Assembly (NCBI RefSeq): GCF_000315625.1
Contig: NW_005434670.1
Location: forward strand, 347,072 to 411,071
Direction of reading: 5' to 3'
Origin: Guillardia theta CCMP2712
Taxonomy: Eukaryota; Protista; Cryptophyta
Length of the DNA: 64,000 nt
The notes below the pieces were generated by a model. The model was not told where the DNA came from, ran no database searches, and saw only the letters and a list, made by a program, of their open reading frames with translations. The number at the start of each line of letters is the position of its first letter. Within the stretch, counting starts at the first letter, position 1. A program made the translations under genes and the position numbers. This document shows positions 10,428 through 23,822 of this stretch, piece after piece.

Positions 10428-11769
10428 ACATAGAGACCCTCACAACCTCATCGGGCCTTGTGTGATCCCTTACCTTCCTCTTGAAGGGATGGTGTCGGTC
10501 CTCGTGCGGCAGCACAGTCCAGCACTGCCGCTAGCGATGGCCGTATGATACAAGGCAGCATGCACGTCATGGTGAGCGGCTAAGGCCGCCGTTCGCAAGT
10601 GACGAGGCCTGGCTGGAGCCTGTGAGAGAAGCGTTTATAGCTCTGTTCTACGCCTACAGGTGTGTACGGGCGAGAGAGCTCGATCCGCAGGGCCGTTGCG
10701 ATGGCTGTTACAGGCAACGTGGTGGACCGTGAGGACTCGGCTCGTCTTGTCACTGCGAGCTCTGGCTCCTGACACAGTCTGAGCCGCTCTGCCGTTACGG
10801 CCCTACCCACGGCTGTTACGTTCACCCTCACTGATGGAAGCCAAGTTGCCGGCAGGGCAAGTTTATTGTCAGGCTCTCACTCTATCACCGCACCACATCG
10901 ACCATTCTTCAATGGCAGGTATCAATCATTCTTCCTTGAGATGTCTCTTGTGACATGTTACGGTCTGGTTGCTGGTCAATTCGGCGCCTGCTCGTCTGGC
11001 ACGGTTTTGCATTCCGAATGACTGCATCTGCTTTCTCTGGCTTTACTCAAAGTTAAGTTAAAAAGCAGTACGCAGTGTCTCTGCAGGTTTGCGGGTGATT
11101 GGGTATGTGTGGGGAAGAGGGTATAATATCTAATTCTGGGAGGAGGGGTCATTTTCCCAACATCCCAGGGGTGATCAGGACAAGGGGTGCTTCGGATACT
11201 TGAAAATTGCCAGGTGCAGCGCAGGTTGATCATGTAGGAGGTGGGTGGGGTGGGGGGGGTACCCCTACCACCCTCTGATGTAAGAACCCCCTTACTTCTG
11301 CGGCCTCCGACGCCGATCGAACCCCCACCCCTACCTCTGACCCTCCACAAGCCCCTCCTTTTATCTACATAATTCGCACCAGGTACCCACCCCGTGTGTA
11401 TTATTTTAGCCCCCACCAACCGTCCCAAAGAGTAGGTCAGCGCAAGCACGGACAACGGAGGGGCGGGCGAAGGCATGAAGGGCAAGCAGTGGAAGGAGGA
11501 GGAGGAAACGTGAAGGCAGGGCTTGGAGAGCAGAGAGGGGAGGTGCTGCAAGAAGGATCAGGGAATCTATCACACGAAGTTTAAACCGAAGAAAATCTTA
11601 CATTGGACAAGGCATCACTGAAAAGAATATAATAGGACCACAGTACAACTGGCGCTGGGACCCGAAGGCAGCATCAGAACTGAAACGGCGAGCAAAGACG
11701 AAAAGAGCCCAGTAAAGGTTGAGAGAAGGACAGAAGTGAAAGATATTGTGGTGCGGTGGTAGTGTGATC

Positions 11770-12852
11770 ATGCACGGAAATTCGGGGCGATCGACAAGCG
11801 TTGGCGACATCCGTTGTCAAGAATGTGGGGCAAGATTCTCGACCAACTTTCAAATGGGGAGCCAGCATGCCTGTAAACGATGTCTCGCTAAGTACAAGAG
11901 CTCGCGGAGATGCATCTCATGCGGAGTCAACATCGTGAGCATTCGATCTTACCCTTCGACTATTACTTCATGGTACTGCTCCACTTGTTCTAACGCGTCC
12001 GGATGCCACGCGGATGGCTTGCGATCCACGGAGAGTCTTGACAGTTACAAGGTCTCTCACCTGAAGTGCAAGATGAAACCCACCACTACTAGTCAGTCCG
12101 TCGGATGGGAGAAAATGAGACTCGTTCACAGTCACGAGCCCACGAGCACCACCACTACATGCAGGAAGTATGACAATAGTAGGATGATGGGGGAGAAAGC
12201 AACGCTTGTAAATACGGAGGTAGGAAGTCCCCTGGAAACAACAAGCTGTTCCAGCTCTTCGTCACTTGTTCAGACAAGAACACCGGAGATCGAATGTGAT
12301 CCCTTGGGAACTATCATCGACAGCGTTCACCAAAAAAGTGATTTGATGCCCCCGGTATGTAATGGACGATGCTTTTAAGACCACGAAAGAGAGGATGATA
12401 GAGATATTTGCAAGGATGAAAGGATGAGGGCGTTTTTGATGATGACGTAGTTTGAAATGGGCGAAGAGCCGAATGATTGAGTGCACTGAATTGATTTGTA
12501 GGTTGATCGCAGACATGGCGACAAGGTTGAAAAGATGACCAAGAGAGTTGTCGAAGAAAAGGTGGACAAAAACAACAAGGCAAACGATGATGAAAGAAAA
12601 GAATGGCATGCTCCTACAGTTTCAAAGGATGCCAGCAAAGAACGACCACTGAAAAGTTTGAAATTCGTTGAGGATCAGACCCATCATTTTGCAAGCGAGA
12701 GGCAACCAGAGGCCAGCAATTCGCAAGGGCCATCTTGCAGACAACAAGAACTCAAAAGGTCGAGCATGCAGGCGGTAGAGGCGAGGAGATTCTGGGCTGC
12801 CAAAGTCGTCTACGAACGAGCGATCCACACAAGATTGCCAACCTTTGACTGA
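11770..12852 (+). CDS. Hypothetical protein with N-terminal CxxC pairs (possible zinc finger), probably spliced
   Basis: CQEC, CKRC, CISC and CSTC in ORF 11746-12378; charged downstream ORF 12535-12852. Confidence 0.4.
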
Positions 12853-13290
12853 CGTACAAACTTATTTGAGGTCACCTGTTATGATATCTCTAGTTTCTAT
12901 ATGTCTGGTGGTTTGCTATACGAACAAATGTAACGTAAGCTGATTCTCGTGATACGAATCCAATGCCTTGATCCCATACCATACCTTGCAGTGCCAAGTT
13001 GCAAGTTGATCAATGAAGTTTTCACGGAAAAGATTGATTTACTATGTTTACAACACGCGACCTTGATGTCACGAGGGAAAAAATTATTGGTGGTAGAAAG
13101 AGCATACAGTGTTCAAGACAGCCAGCAATTCATCGCGCTCTGTACATTGTGCATTTGCAACGCTGCTGCCGTTATCAAAGTGACAGTACGAGGACTGATG
13201 ACATCGAACAACATCACGATCACTCCACTGTCATGTCGACACGAGGGGATGAGAAAGGGCATAGCGAACAACCCGGACCTGCAGCTCCAG

Positions 13291-16200
13291 TCATTCACCC
13301 TCGCTCGCTGCCTCATCACTTTCCTCCACGTCGCATTCCTCCTCTCGCTCTATCCGCATGACGCCGATGAAGGCCTGGAGGTGAGCTGAGGAGGTGAAGG
13401 CAGGAGGGAGGGAAGACCTCTCGACACATTGGGCAATGGCGACGTGCAGGTCCGAGATCCCAGATGGCAGTAGCGCAGGCGACACAGACGCCACCTGTTG
13501 AGGTTTAGGCGAGGAAGGAAATGAGAAGAATTGGGATGATGGTGGTGAAGGGTAGGGGAACCCTGACAAGGGAGGATGGGAGAATGACTTGAGCAAGGAG
13601 GAGGAGGAGGAGACGATGATCGAGAAGCTTACCATGGCCGCACTCGAGGAGGATAGCGTCACTTGCGTGATCCAGACAGACACAGCAGAGCGAGTCAGTA
13701 GCTTCTTCACCTTCACCTGGGAGCCTCTTGAGCTGATACCAGCACGACTCGAGCTTACTACTCTTTTACCTTGCTCCTCCCCCGTTGACGTCAGTGCCTC
13801 ATGCGAGCTCCGATCCTCCTTCCTCGTCTCTTGGCTGGCTACGAACACAACGTTGGCGTTGACGCAGCTTGCGATGTTGCCTCGGGTTCCTGCACCATGT
13901 CAGAAGATGCGAGAAAAGGCATCGTCCTCGCCTTCTAGCCTCCTGTACAAGACGTTGGACACCCTCAGCATGCGGGTAGGAGGCGCCTTGGAGGTCGTTA
14001 TCTCTTCTCCTGACCTTATGACTCTGTGAGATCCGATGGCTTGCACGCCCTACTGATGTGTCAGCACATTTCCAGCTCCTCGTCTTCCAACCTGCTCGCG
14101 GTTGAGGAGACTCCCTTGCATCCTTCCGTGGATCCACTTGCAGAACATACAGCGAAAGAAACAAAAGACGAAGATGGCAAAAGCGGTTCCTCCGAACCAC
14201 CACTGCAGGGCCATCAGGTTGAAAACAAGTGCAAGGGACGTCACCTTCCAGAGCTCGAAAACCGAGCCGAGATGATAGATCACCATAGAAAACTTGTCGT
14301 TGGGAACCGAGTCTCCAATCATTCTCACCTCCACATACACTGAAGTGTCCGGGTCCCAGGCGTCAACCTCTACTTGTAGCCCTGCTACTCCATCCGCAGT
14401 GTATCCCCACTTGGAGAGCGGCCAAATTCGGGTCTGCTTGTTGATGGTAGAGTAGCTCGCGATCTGCACTGCAGCCGACAGACTCTGCCACGAGCTGTAC
14501 GTCCGCACTGAGCTGATGTCAGACGTGCTCGGCATCAGCTGGACGAAAGCCTGGCCTGCAAGCCCGCTCTGCGGCTTGAAGGAGAAGAGCTGGACTCGGG
14601 AGCTCAGCTGGAAGTTGAAAGTTTTGTCGAGGGACACAGGATTCGAGCAGGCGGAGACAGGGAGTACGCGGCAGGTAGCGTTCGCGTCGCTTATCAGCGT
14701 CCACGTTGCGAGTGAGTGTCCCAGGCGATGCAGCATCAAGGTAGAGGAGGTCTGCAGCCCGTTGGAGGACTGATTGGAGATGGTCTCCTGATACCTCGCG
14801 TTCGCCTCTGTCGCTCTCTCGTTGATGTTGCTCCACACCTTCACCGTTGGGCTAGCACCGTCTAGACACGTCAAGCTCAAGAAGATGACGGCAGCGTCGA
14901 AGCCTTGCGACGGCTGAAAGGAGCGTGAGAGGGAGCGTGAAAGGAAACAGGAGCGACAGGATGTACCTGGAAGGAGAGCATGACGTGAGACCCTTGCGTG
15001 AAGGAAACGTCCAGCCCCTCTAGGGGCAGCGACGTCACCTGAGCGACAGAGATCAGAGAGAACTCTTGGCAGACAAGCATCTCTGTGCCTGCGAGATGGC
15101 TGCCTCCACTCTGACATGCTGACTTTGACCTCCTGCCTCGACCCTCAGGTAGAGATCCTCTCGCGAGAGCTGCGGCAGGTTGACTGCCCCCGTCCCCTCC
15201 ACTTTGTACTCGAAGATCGATGAACCCGCCTGCGTCATCGGAGCCAAGGACCGTCGGAGGTACCAGCACCCCTCGCGTATCTCATCTTTTGAACTCAGGA
15301 TCTGACTTGACGTGCTTGATAGCTGCTCACTGTTCAAATCCACTGCAGCTGGCGAGGCCTCAACTTGGGTCCCCGTCTGATTGCGATGCTCAGCCCCTAC
15401 GTCCTCACTTGTGCGAGTGACAAGAGCTTCAGCTCTTGAACGAGCTCCAACATCCTTCGCCCCATCCACTGAATTCGTGACGTCCTCATCTGCCATCGTT
15501 CCCATCAGGCGCATCAAGATCGGATCACCATCATACGTGGTGTGAAATGAAGAGCAACATTCATGTACACTTCGGCACCGAACTCTCCCACTGCAAGCTT
15601 TACAACTTTCGTCTCTGTAGAGGAGCCCGCGTCAAAGTTCCCATGTTAGTTCGCAAAGCATAACCTCTCGCAGGAACGTCAAGGAAGAAGCTAGTAGCAC
15701 TCGGTACAACCTCTTCTCGCACGTCATCATGGATTCGCTACATTTCAAACGTCATTTGCGCCTTCACCCACTGACAAGAAGTCAACGGAACCGACCTTAA
15801 GTTGCAGTTTCGGGCCAGTGCTGACAAAAAAGCATACTATCACCGGGTTCACGGGCTCGGGAAGAGACGAGGTACCTTGCAGGGCACAAGAGCGGGACAA
15901 ACCTGGATCCTCCCTCATCAAAGCATCGAACGCAACGCTGGTCCCTCGTAACCTGCCTTCCAGTCAGAGGTTGTACCAACATCTTAACTAGTTTCAGTTG
16001 CCTCCAATGGTGAACTGGTAACTGACTGACAAACATCCGTTCGAGGGCCCGAAGGTTCTGCTCAGATGATGTTCAGGGTGATGAAGGGGACAAGGAGAGA
16101 AAGACTCAAAGAAATCAGAGTAAGAGAGGAGGGGAAGGGAGGGGAGGGGAGGGGAGCAATCCGATTGGGGACCAGATTGGAACTACCTGTGCACTGAACA

Positions 16201-16298
16201 CTGGGCCAAGAGATCGATTCACAGGGGTTCGTATCACAGGGGACGGAGAGGAAGGCAGCGAAGAAAAGCAGCAGCAAGGTAAAACTTGAGCCACTCAT
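13291..16298 (-). CDS. Multi-exon membrane protein with signal peptide, function unknown
   Basis: MSGSSFTLLLLFFAAFLSVPC leader, long coding segments (14050-15517), TM-like WFGGTAFAIFVFCFFRCMFC, acidic C-terminus. Confidence 0.6.
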
Positions 16299-17434
16299 AG
16301 TTCTGGTTCTTTGATCTCTCCTGACATCTTGACACCAACAACACATGACAAGGCTATCGTGCTGACCCCCACTGCAGCAGCTGCTGCTCGCTCCCGCTCA
16401 TTATGCACACGTCGCTGGTATACCGAGTCTTCATTCTCAATCCAGTTGCCTGTGATATCAGCTCAGCATAACAGTCTCAATTCATTGTTTGCCCCATCTC
16501 CCAACTCCATAGCCAGCTCTGGCCATGCAAAACAATCTTGGCAAGACAGTCCTACATGCTTTGTTCTCGACCAGCGTCAAGAAAATTCATTGCATTCCCC
16601 AATCTCATTAGGTCTTCTTCTTCTGGTACTGGTACTGCAAGGCTCTCTCTCACTGCCGCTATGCCCTGATTCATCTCCTGTCAATCATCGACTCTCCTGA
16701 CTATGATCGACCCAAAGAGACTCTCATTCGATACAGATTCTGCCTACATCCAGGTTCTTATACACATCCCTAGCGCTATCCACATCATGGATCGTCAACC
16801 TGGATTCAGTGTCTGCGCGCCATAACATCTCTATGAGATAATGCCAATCCATGATCTTTGTCCCCTGACGCCTTCCCATGTCTCCTATGTCCTCTCAAGC
16901 ACATTCTGACTTCAAGGGACCTTTTCAAGTTTGTTCATTTTCCTCTCTCTCCCTCTCTCCCTCTTGCCCCCCCCCCCCCCCCTCCCTCTCCCTCTCCCTC
17001 TCCCTCCCTCCCCCTCTCGCCCTTTCTCTCCTCCTCGTTCCCATCCCCAGAGTTGCCGGACCCACCTAGTACTCTTGCAATATACTTGACTAAAAAACAG
17101 CCGGTAGAAGTCACGTGATCACCATTCGGTAACTACCCTCCCCGTACTTTGACTACCCCTTCATATAACTATGAATTGACTATGAATCACCCCTGCGAGA
17201 CACCACCCCTACCCCAGTATTCTGTCAGTTGCGCCCTTGTCGTTGTGACCTTCCTCATAAGTAACGAGGATAGTCACTGAGTGCCGCACGGCAATGAAGA
17301 AAGGCCCGGGGCCCGGGGCCCGGGGCCCGGGGCCCGGTTGACCAGCCCCGGCGTTTTCAAAATTTCGTGATTGAATATCCGGCGAAACTCATTTAATCTT
17401 GTTCACCCGTTTCCGCGGCGGCAGCAACGGTGAA

Positions 17435-19864
17435 ATGGCGGAAGGTAGGGAGGATGATGTTCCGCTGCGGCTGCTGCGCGCGAAGGAGCATGAGAGCTCA
17501 GCGTCTTCACAGAAGAAGATGCGAAAGAAGAACTTCAACACTGAAAAGATCTACATGTATAAGATCCAGAAGGTTGCCAGGTTTTTCAGCGAGCGATCGA
17601 AATCCGACGGCGATGCTGAATTCGCCTCTGCATTGGATGAGAAGGGACAGCTGAAATTGCCGCTCTCTTGGCCGTGCATCCAGGCTTTGTTCGATCATCT
17701 CGCAGAGGGTAGGTCGCATCCTCGGAAAAAAAGGAAAAAGGGAGATTCGAATGTGGAAGCGAGCGAGGGCAAAGACGATGAGGTAGGGGAGGATGGTGAA
17801 TCGCTTCAGAGCATATCCGTAGCGACCTTACAAGGATACAAGAAAGCACTTAAATTTTATTATAGAGAGCAAAATGTTCCTTTCACAGCAAGAGGACTCG
17901 AGGATTCCAACAAGACTCTGGATGCAAGCATTGATGGTATCCTTGAAGAACATGGGTTGCTAGAGTACAAAGCGGATCGCAGATCAAAATCCAAACTAAT
18001 GAAGAGTTCGTTGAGCTCACACAGATATATAGAACTTTGCAAGAAGATTATTACATTGGGATCCGAAGAGAGGGGTGCAGAGCTTGGGTCGAACGGGCTG
18101 TTCGGGCATGTGGCAGCAACTTTGATGTGGAATTGTTGTTGCAGCAGCAGTTGTCTTGACGGCCTCAATCTCGACCATTTCGACTGGGTTGGAGATTCTC
18201 TCAAGCTGACCATCATCGAGCCGGTTGATGAAGGTCATGAGGAAAGCTCAAATTCAAATCCAGGAGCTGTGACCACAAGGACTGTCAGTGTGTTTGCCAC
18301 TCCGTTTAGCCCGGAAACTTGTCCCATTTTGGCGCTTGCCCTATACGCCTTCACCCACCACAGATACTGGGAAGGTAACAACTTCTTCCTCGGCTCCGAA
18401 CAGAAGCAGAGGTTCGGATTCATCGTTCAGGGAACCATTCCGCAGGCAGAGCTGCAAGCGGACGAGTGGCGGGAGCTAGGTGAGAGAAGCCATCTTATTC
18501 GCTGAAGAGTGACGATGTGGTTACTTCAAGGTGCTAACCTTCTCAAGAAAAGCGCGGTGAGCTTCCTGTTCAGATCAAAGGGAGGACCTCCTTCCCAAGA
18601 CATTAACCGCAGGGCGAATTGGACCGGGGAAGCACCCTCAGTGGATAACCAGTCGGCGGCGACCCCATCGCCCGATGGCGATCAGCTTTGTGGAAGAATC
18701 CTCGCTGGAATGGATATGAAATCTCCTGACTTTGACGTCCTGTCTCCACATTTCACTCTGAAAGGCTACGAGGAGATCGAGAGTGTCGGTTTCGAACGCT
18801 TCATGGTGGGCTATCATACGTGTCCCGATAGTTTCAAACGGTGTATCCCGGTCTTCCTCGCCAACATCATCTTCCACTTAAAAACCTTGCAATCATGGTT
18901 TCCAGCACAACATCCTGTATGGAAAGCTCCAGTTTTCGGTGTGTTCGGCACAAGCACCCTCCCGAAGCTCGCAGACTTTCAGAGAGAAGTTGTCCTCTGT
19001 CATGGCATGTGCTCTGACTGCGGTGTGAAAGCGACTGGCGTTCCTCGTGATCATGCTGCGAATGTTCGGGCCAAGAGAGATATCAAGATGCCTATCAAGA
19101 AGTCTTCAGGTGTACAGGATCTGAAGTCGGTGATTGGCGACGAGGTAGCGAAGCTTCGAATCGGACTGCATGAGGACATCTTGCGTACGTTGAACTCGAG
19201 GATTGAAAAGTTGAATCCGGAGGGCTCCAATCGCGACGAGATTGACAGCTTCAAGAAGGCGATCACGGATGATCTGGTTGCGACTGTCAATGCTCGATGC
19301 GACAACCTTGCCGGGTCCGTCCAGGCGTTCAGTGAGGCCAAGTACCAGCTGGACACTGAAGAGAAGAATTCAGGAGTGCACGAGCTCTTCATTAGCAACT
19401 CTTTTGCCGGTGACCTCTTCCTGTGGAACGGATCGTATCATATCATCCCTCAAAAGTTCAGATTCCCGTCCAACGTCAACTGCAAGGCCTTGTGGGAGAG
19501 GTGGCACCTGGGTCAGGACATCGTCGTCGACGGAGTTTCTCGCCGGCTCGGTCCCCTCAAGCGCCTGGCAGATCCGCAGTACTCCAAGGAACTGAGAAAC
19601 ATCAAGATGAAGGGGATAGTGTCAAAAGCGTGTCAGGTAATGAACCTTGTGGAGGAGACGGCGAGGAGTCTGGGTCTTGTGAAGCAAGGGGAGCCCATCT
19701 CGGAGAGCAACTTCCTTTACAGCTTCGACCCGGCCTTCGAAGAGGTCGTCAAGCGCCACTATGGCACTGAAGCTGTCAGCAATCTGCCACGATACAAGAA
19801 ACTGTCGTATAGGAAAGTGTTTGATAAGCTGGACGGCGCGTCAGACCTCAAGGATGACAGGTGA
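17435..19864 (+). CDS. Crypton-derived tyrosine-recombinase-fold (Ndc10-II-like) protein with a C-terminal GCR1_C-like region; catalytic residues missing
   Basis: Motifs LMWN, CPILALALY, GGPPS..I..RANW, GDQLCGRILAG and LWERWHLG..PLKRL resemble CryptonF-type proteins. A 51-nt intron (18480-18530) joins the two ORFs in frame. Confidence 0.8.
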
Positions 19865-20265
19865 GCGGGTCTGCTCGTTCTGATGATGTTTGATTCCAAC
19901 TTGCAGTGAAAATGACAGCTCCAACGATCCCGACATGGATGCGCAGAACGACGACTAGACGATAAGCCAAGCCGGGCAAACGTGAACACGACCGTATGAT
20001 GAATTGACTAGTATCGCTTTAAGTGTATAATTGAACTTCTCTATATATGCATCCGAAAGACCGGCGGGCCCGGGGCTCTTTCAGTTCTCTCAGTCACCGT
20101 CAGTTACAGTAGACTGAGGCTGTCCAACCCGGGGACTGGCTACCGCCGCGGGGCCCGGCGGGCGCCATCCGATCATTGACGGAATCGTGGGAGTCCGACT
20201 CCTGGCTGCTGCAGTTTGTGCTGATGAATCTGAGGCGGGCTGTTAAAAGGGGGTGTAAACTGGCA

Positions 20266-21793
20266 ATGGCGTCGTGTCGGGGAGCGACATGGCTGGTCCT
20301 AGCGGCGATGATGTTGACAGCAGAAGTTGCGAGCGCCTTCAGATGTCCATCACTTGCGCTGGGAAGAGCAGGAGCGAGGGGAGGAGCACGGGCTTGTTCT
20401 TCGTGGAGAGCAGGTAAGTGATGTCGATGCCTGTCAAGATTTTCGTGACGGTGACGAGAAGGGTTTGTTGACAGACTTCAAAGTGTTCTTTGATGTTGTA
20501 GTGGACGAGAAACCAGCTGGGCGCATGACTTTCAAGGTTTTCCACTGCCTTGCGCTGTCGCCATCCCAACGTGACGCTGTTTGCTTGTTCAGGTGTCGCA
20601 AGACTTCTTGCCCAAGTGAGGTGCTGCCTATCGTCGAGCTTGACACTGAAGGACGTACAGGACAACTGAGAACTTCCGAGCACTTATGAGTGGAGAAAAG
20701 AGGTGAGCGATGAAAGTGAGAGAAGCTTCAATGATGGTATTGTTCAGGATCATCGACCCTCTGCTTTCCTATCAGAACTGCCAGTTTGAGTATGGCCCGC
20801 AGTATGTGGAAGGGACGGGCAACTACAAGGTCCGCTCAACGACAGGGGAGGAGGAAGAAAGGAGCATGACGGGAAGTGCAGTGGTCGCATGTCTGCAAAG
20901 GAAGGGAAAGAACGTCTTCGGGAAGGAGAAGATCGCCGAGCCCCAGGACCTCGTCACCTGCCGTCACAAATGCCCTGGCCCTGTCGACCTCCTCCTCCTC
21001 GTTGCCGCCTGTGACTCGTGGATTGGGGCAGGGCGGGGGATACTATTATGGCATGGAAGTAGATCTTGTCAACGCTGATGCACCTGATGAGGAAGACGAT
21101 GCTGGTGCGGATGAGACGCGAGGAAGCTTGCGAGGACGATATCTTGTATCTTTGAAATATGGCAGCGCCAGCACACATGTAGAGGAACTCAAAGTCACAA
21201 AAGAGCAGCAGGCTTACACAGAAAGGCAGATAGCAAGACAGCTGAGTGAAGACGTCGGAGGAGGAAGTTGGAGAAGAAACAGAAAGTAGGATTTGTGGGG
21301 AAGGAAGAGTGCTAGGGGGCAGTTGAGGAGGAGGCCCTGAAGGAGGCTCACATGAGGCTGGCAGGGCGCAATCTCATCTCAACACAACTGCAGAAGCCTC
21401 TCGGTCTCATCCTTGAGGAGGAGCCGAGCGGTCAAGGAGTGTTCGTCGCTGAGGTAGCTGTCGGACAGACTGCCCTCCTCCTGCTGACTTGCTGCTTTCC
21501 AGGTTTCTCCCGGCAGCAATGCGGAGAGGAGCGGAAACATCTTGCCGGGGGACTCGGTTGTGAGGGTCGGGGAGGAGGACTGCTCAGCTGCGACTCTTGA
21601 AGACGTGCTCAACCTCATCGGCAATGCCAAAAGTTTCGTTTCCGTCACATTCTGCCGGTATTTCGAGCCCCGTGTCCTCTGCCTCCTCGTCCTCCTCGTC
21701 CTCCTCGTCCTCCTCTTCCATCTCTACCTTTTGCATCTTGGCCCTCATGATGCTACAACTGCAGGTCTGAACCGTCGATGGCGAGTGACGTGA
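20266..21793 (+). CDS. Plastid-targeted divergent cyclophilin-like plus PDZ-domain protein (multi-exon)
   Basis: Bipartite leader ..EVASA-F; KVFFDVVVDEKPAGRMTF and TTENFRALMSGEK; PDZ segments KPLGLILEE..VFVAEV..PGDSVVRVG. Confidence 0.65.
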
Positions 21794-22421
21794 CAGTCTT
21801 GACCATCCCTGTTGGAGGCCCTGGTGAGAGGGAGGGAGAGGCAGAGAAGAACCTGAGGAGAGGACTGCGATGCCGTGACTCGTGAGTACCATCAGGTCAT
21901 GGCATGTCAAGATTCGACATCATCCGCGTGAGCGACTCCCCGTCCTCCTGGAAGTAAAATACTTCAGTTGCCCTGCAATTCAGCTGAGCCTATGCTGGCA
22001 GGCAGCGCTTGCTGCTGAATCAAGCGGTCATTGGGAGGATGGAGGAAACGACTCATGTCTTCTGTCAACTGAGACTGACATGTCGTCATCAGAGCGGCAG
22101 GAAAACTCTCCAGCTGATGGCAAGGGCTAGGTGAGTTGTCAAGTTCCGGATGTCGTTGAGATTGACGAGCGATCTCGTTGACAGGAAGGCGCCAAGGATA
22201 GTTGACTGCGGGGTCTTGTGAAAATGCAGGGGGAGCTTCACATGGCAACGGATTTTCTCTCTAAGGTTGAGAATTACAAGAGCCGGCGGCTTCTATACCG
22301 ACACGCGAGACACCTCTTGTCACACGACTCCTCGAGAAGACATGTGTGATCGGAGGGGAGGACGGTCGCGTCGCGACTACTGGAGGAAAGAACTCCCCTT
22401 GGGTCTCAGCTGCCAAACGTG

Positions 22422-23428
22422 TCACGCTTGCAAGGATAGAGACTCGTCCAGACTGACAGGAGTGATGCACAAGTTGAGGTCCGGCATCTCCTCGCCGTCA
22501 AGCTGCATCCGAGTCAGAGGAGGGAAGACGGACGAGGGAGGGAGGTGATGAAACGGGCGCGACGACGACGGGAGGAAACACGAGGATGAGGCACCTGCTC
22601 GTCTGAGAAGAAGGAGACCGGCCTTACATCCAATTTGAGCTGTGGCCCCACACCATTCATCTCCGTCTTGTGCGCAAGCATCAACTCCTTGAAAGTTGTG
22701 AAGTCCGCGCAGCTGACCTGGTCGAGAGAATGTGAGAACAGACGAGGTCGGCCCCAAGGGAGGAAGAGGCTTCACCAACACGTCGAAGACGTCACTTGAT
22801 CGCATCTCTTCCTCCCTCGCGCTGGGGGGATCTGTTACACTGTGCAGAGAAAGATCAACTAGGCTACATCAACAACTCCATGAAGTCGTGCATGGAGAAA
22901 TCAGGGATGGTTGCTTTCAATCGTGCGTCGAGAAAGCCTTCGATCAGTTCAGTCTGTGAAGCAACTAGTCAAGATCTGAATGAAAACGAAGGGTCGATCG
23001 CACATATTTGCCGAAGAGCTCAGTGTAAATGATCTTGTTTTCATCGGTATCTTCAAAAACAGCGCTGTGTTCATTCTGGAAAATACATTCAGAAACCGTC
23101 GTAGTGACAAGGAGCCTTTACAGCAAATTTTCTCTGTAGATCATGAAATTCGTCATCTGAAGAATTGTCACTTGCGCATCTTCACATTGACAGTTGCAAG
23201 ACCAACCCATAATTATGTCTTCCAGAGCACCCACAATCAGATCAAACTTGTCGTCCTCTTCATTGTCGCCTCCAACGCTGTCAGGAGCGAGAAGTTAAAC
23301 TCTTGTAGCATGGCAGAGACTCACCTGACAAACGAGATATCCCCCTCCTCGTCTGATAACCCGTCAAGTTCCAGACCTTCAATGTAACGTGAGCAAGAAG
23401 AGGGCATGTTCACCTCAGCAAGAATCAT
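22422..23428 (-). CDS. ARL2BP: ARL2-binding protein (BART domain), multi-exon
   Basis: Exonic peptides FDLIVGALEDII, NKIIYTELFGK, LIEGFLDARLKATIPDFSMHDFMELL and ADFTTFKELMLAHK. Confidence 0.8.
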
Positions 23429-23752
23429 GACATGCTCTACCTTCTTCGTGCTCTTCAAACTCACCATCATCGTCGTTTTCTAGCACCTCTGAGCACTAGT
23501 CAGACCCTCACAGATACAACTCTCTCATATCCTTTCATCGCTTCTCGTGCTCATCAGCTCTCCTCCTCCCCTCTTCATCACCTTCAACTTCCTCCTCCAC
23601 GTTGGCGTATCTTCCTGCCATACGAGGCTAACCGTAACTGCGCGCGTAACGGAATCTTGAAATCACGAAACTGGAGTCGGCATGTGGCAGGATGAGGCCC
23701 GCCGGTTCCGACCGCCGGGCCGTCCGGTTCAAGTTGGTTCTCGGCGCTGTTT

Positions 23753-23822
23753 CTTTACTCAAAGTTAAGTGAAAGTCGGGCTTTTCTCCGAGTTCGGAGT
23801 GAACTTTAACTTTGAGTGAAAG
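23753..23822. repeat. 70-bp inverted-repeat relic made of two copies of the CTTTACTCAAAGTTAA terminus
   Basis: CTTTACTCAAAGTTAAGT ... ACTTTAACTTTGAGTGAAAG. Confidence 0.7.

Larger units (their letters stand above)
3882..10777 (+). repeat. Tandem array of a ~1791-bp unit (about 3.7 near-identical copies)
   Basis: Identical ORFs recur at 6365/8156 and 7666/9457 (period 1791). Copy 2 has a 236-bp insertion, copy 1 an inversion, and copy 4 is truncated at 10777. Confidence 0.97.

Noticed and set aside
17435-19864. Crypton protein as the active invertase for the 4824-5328 segment
   Set aside because: The catalytic Arg, His-x-x-Arg and Tyr positions appear substituted; proximity alone is not evidence
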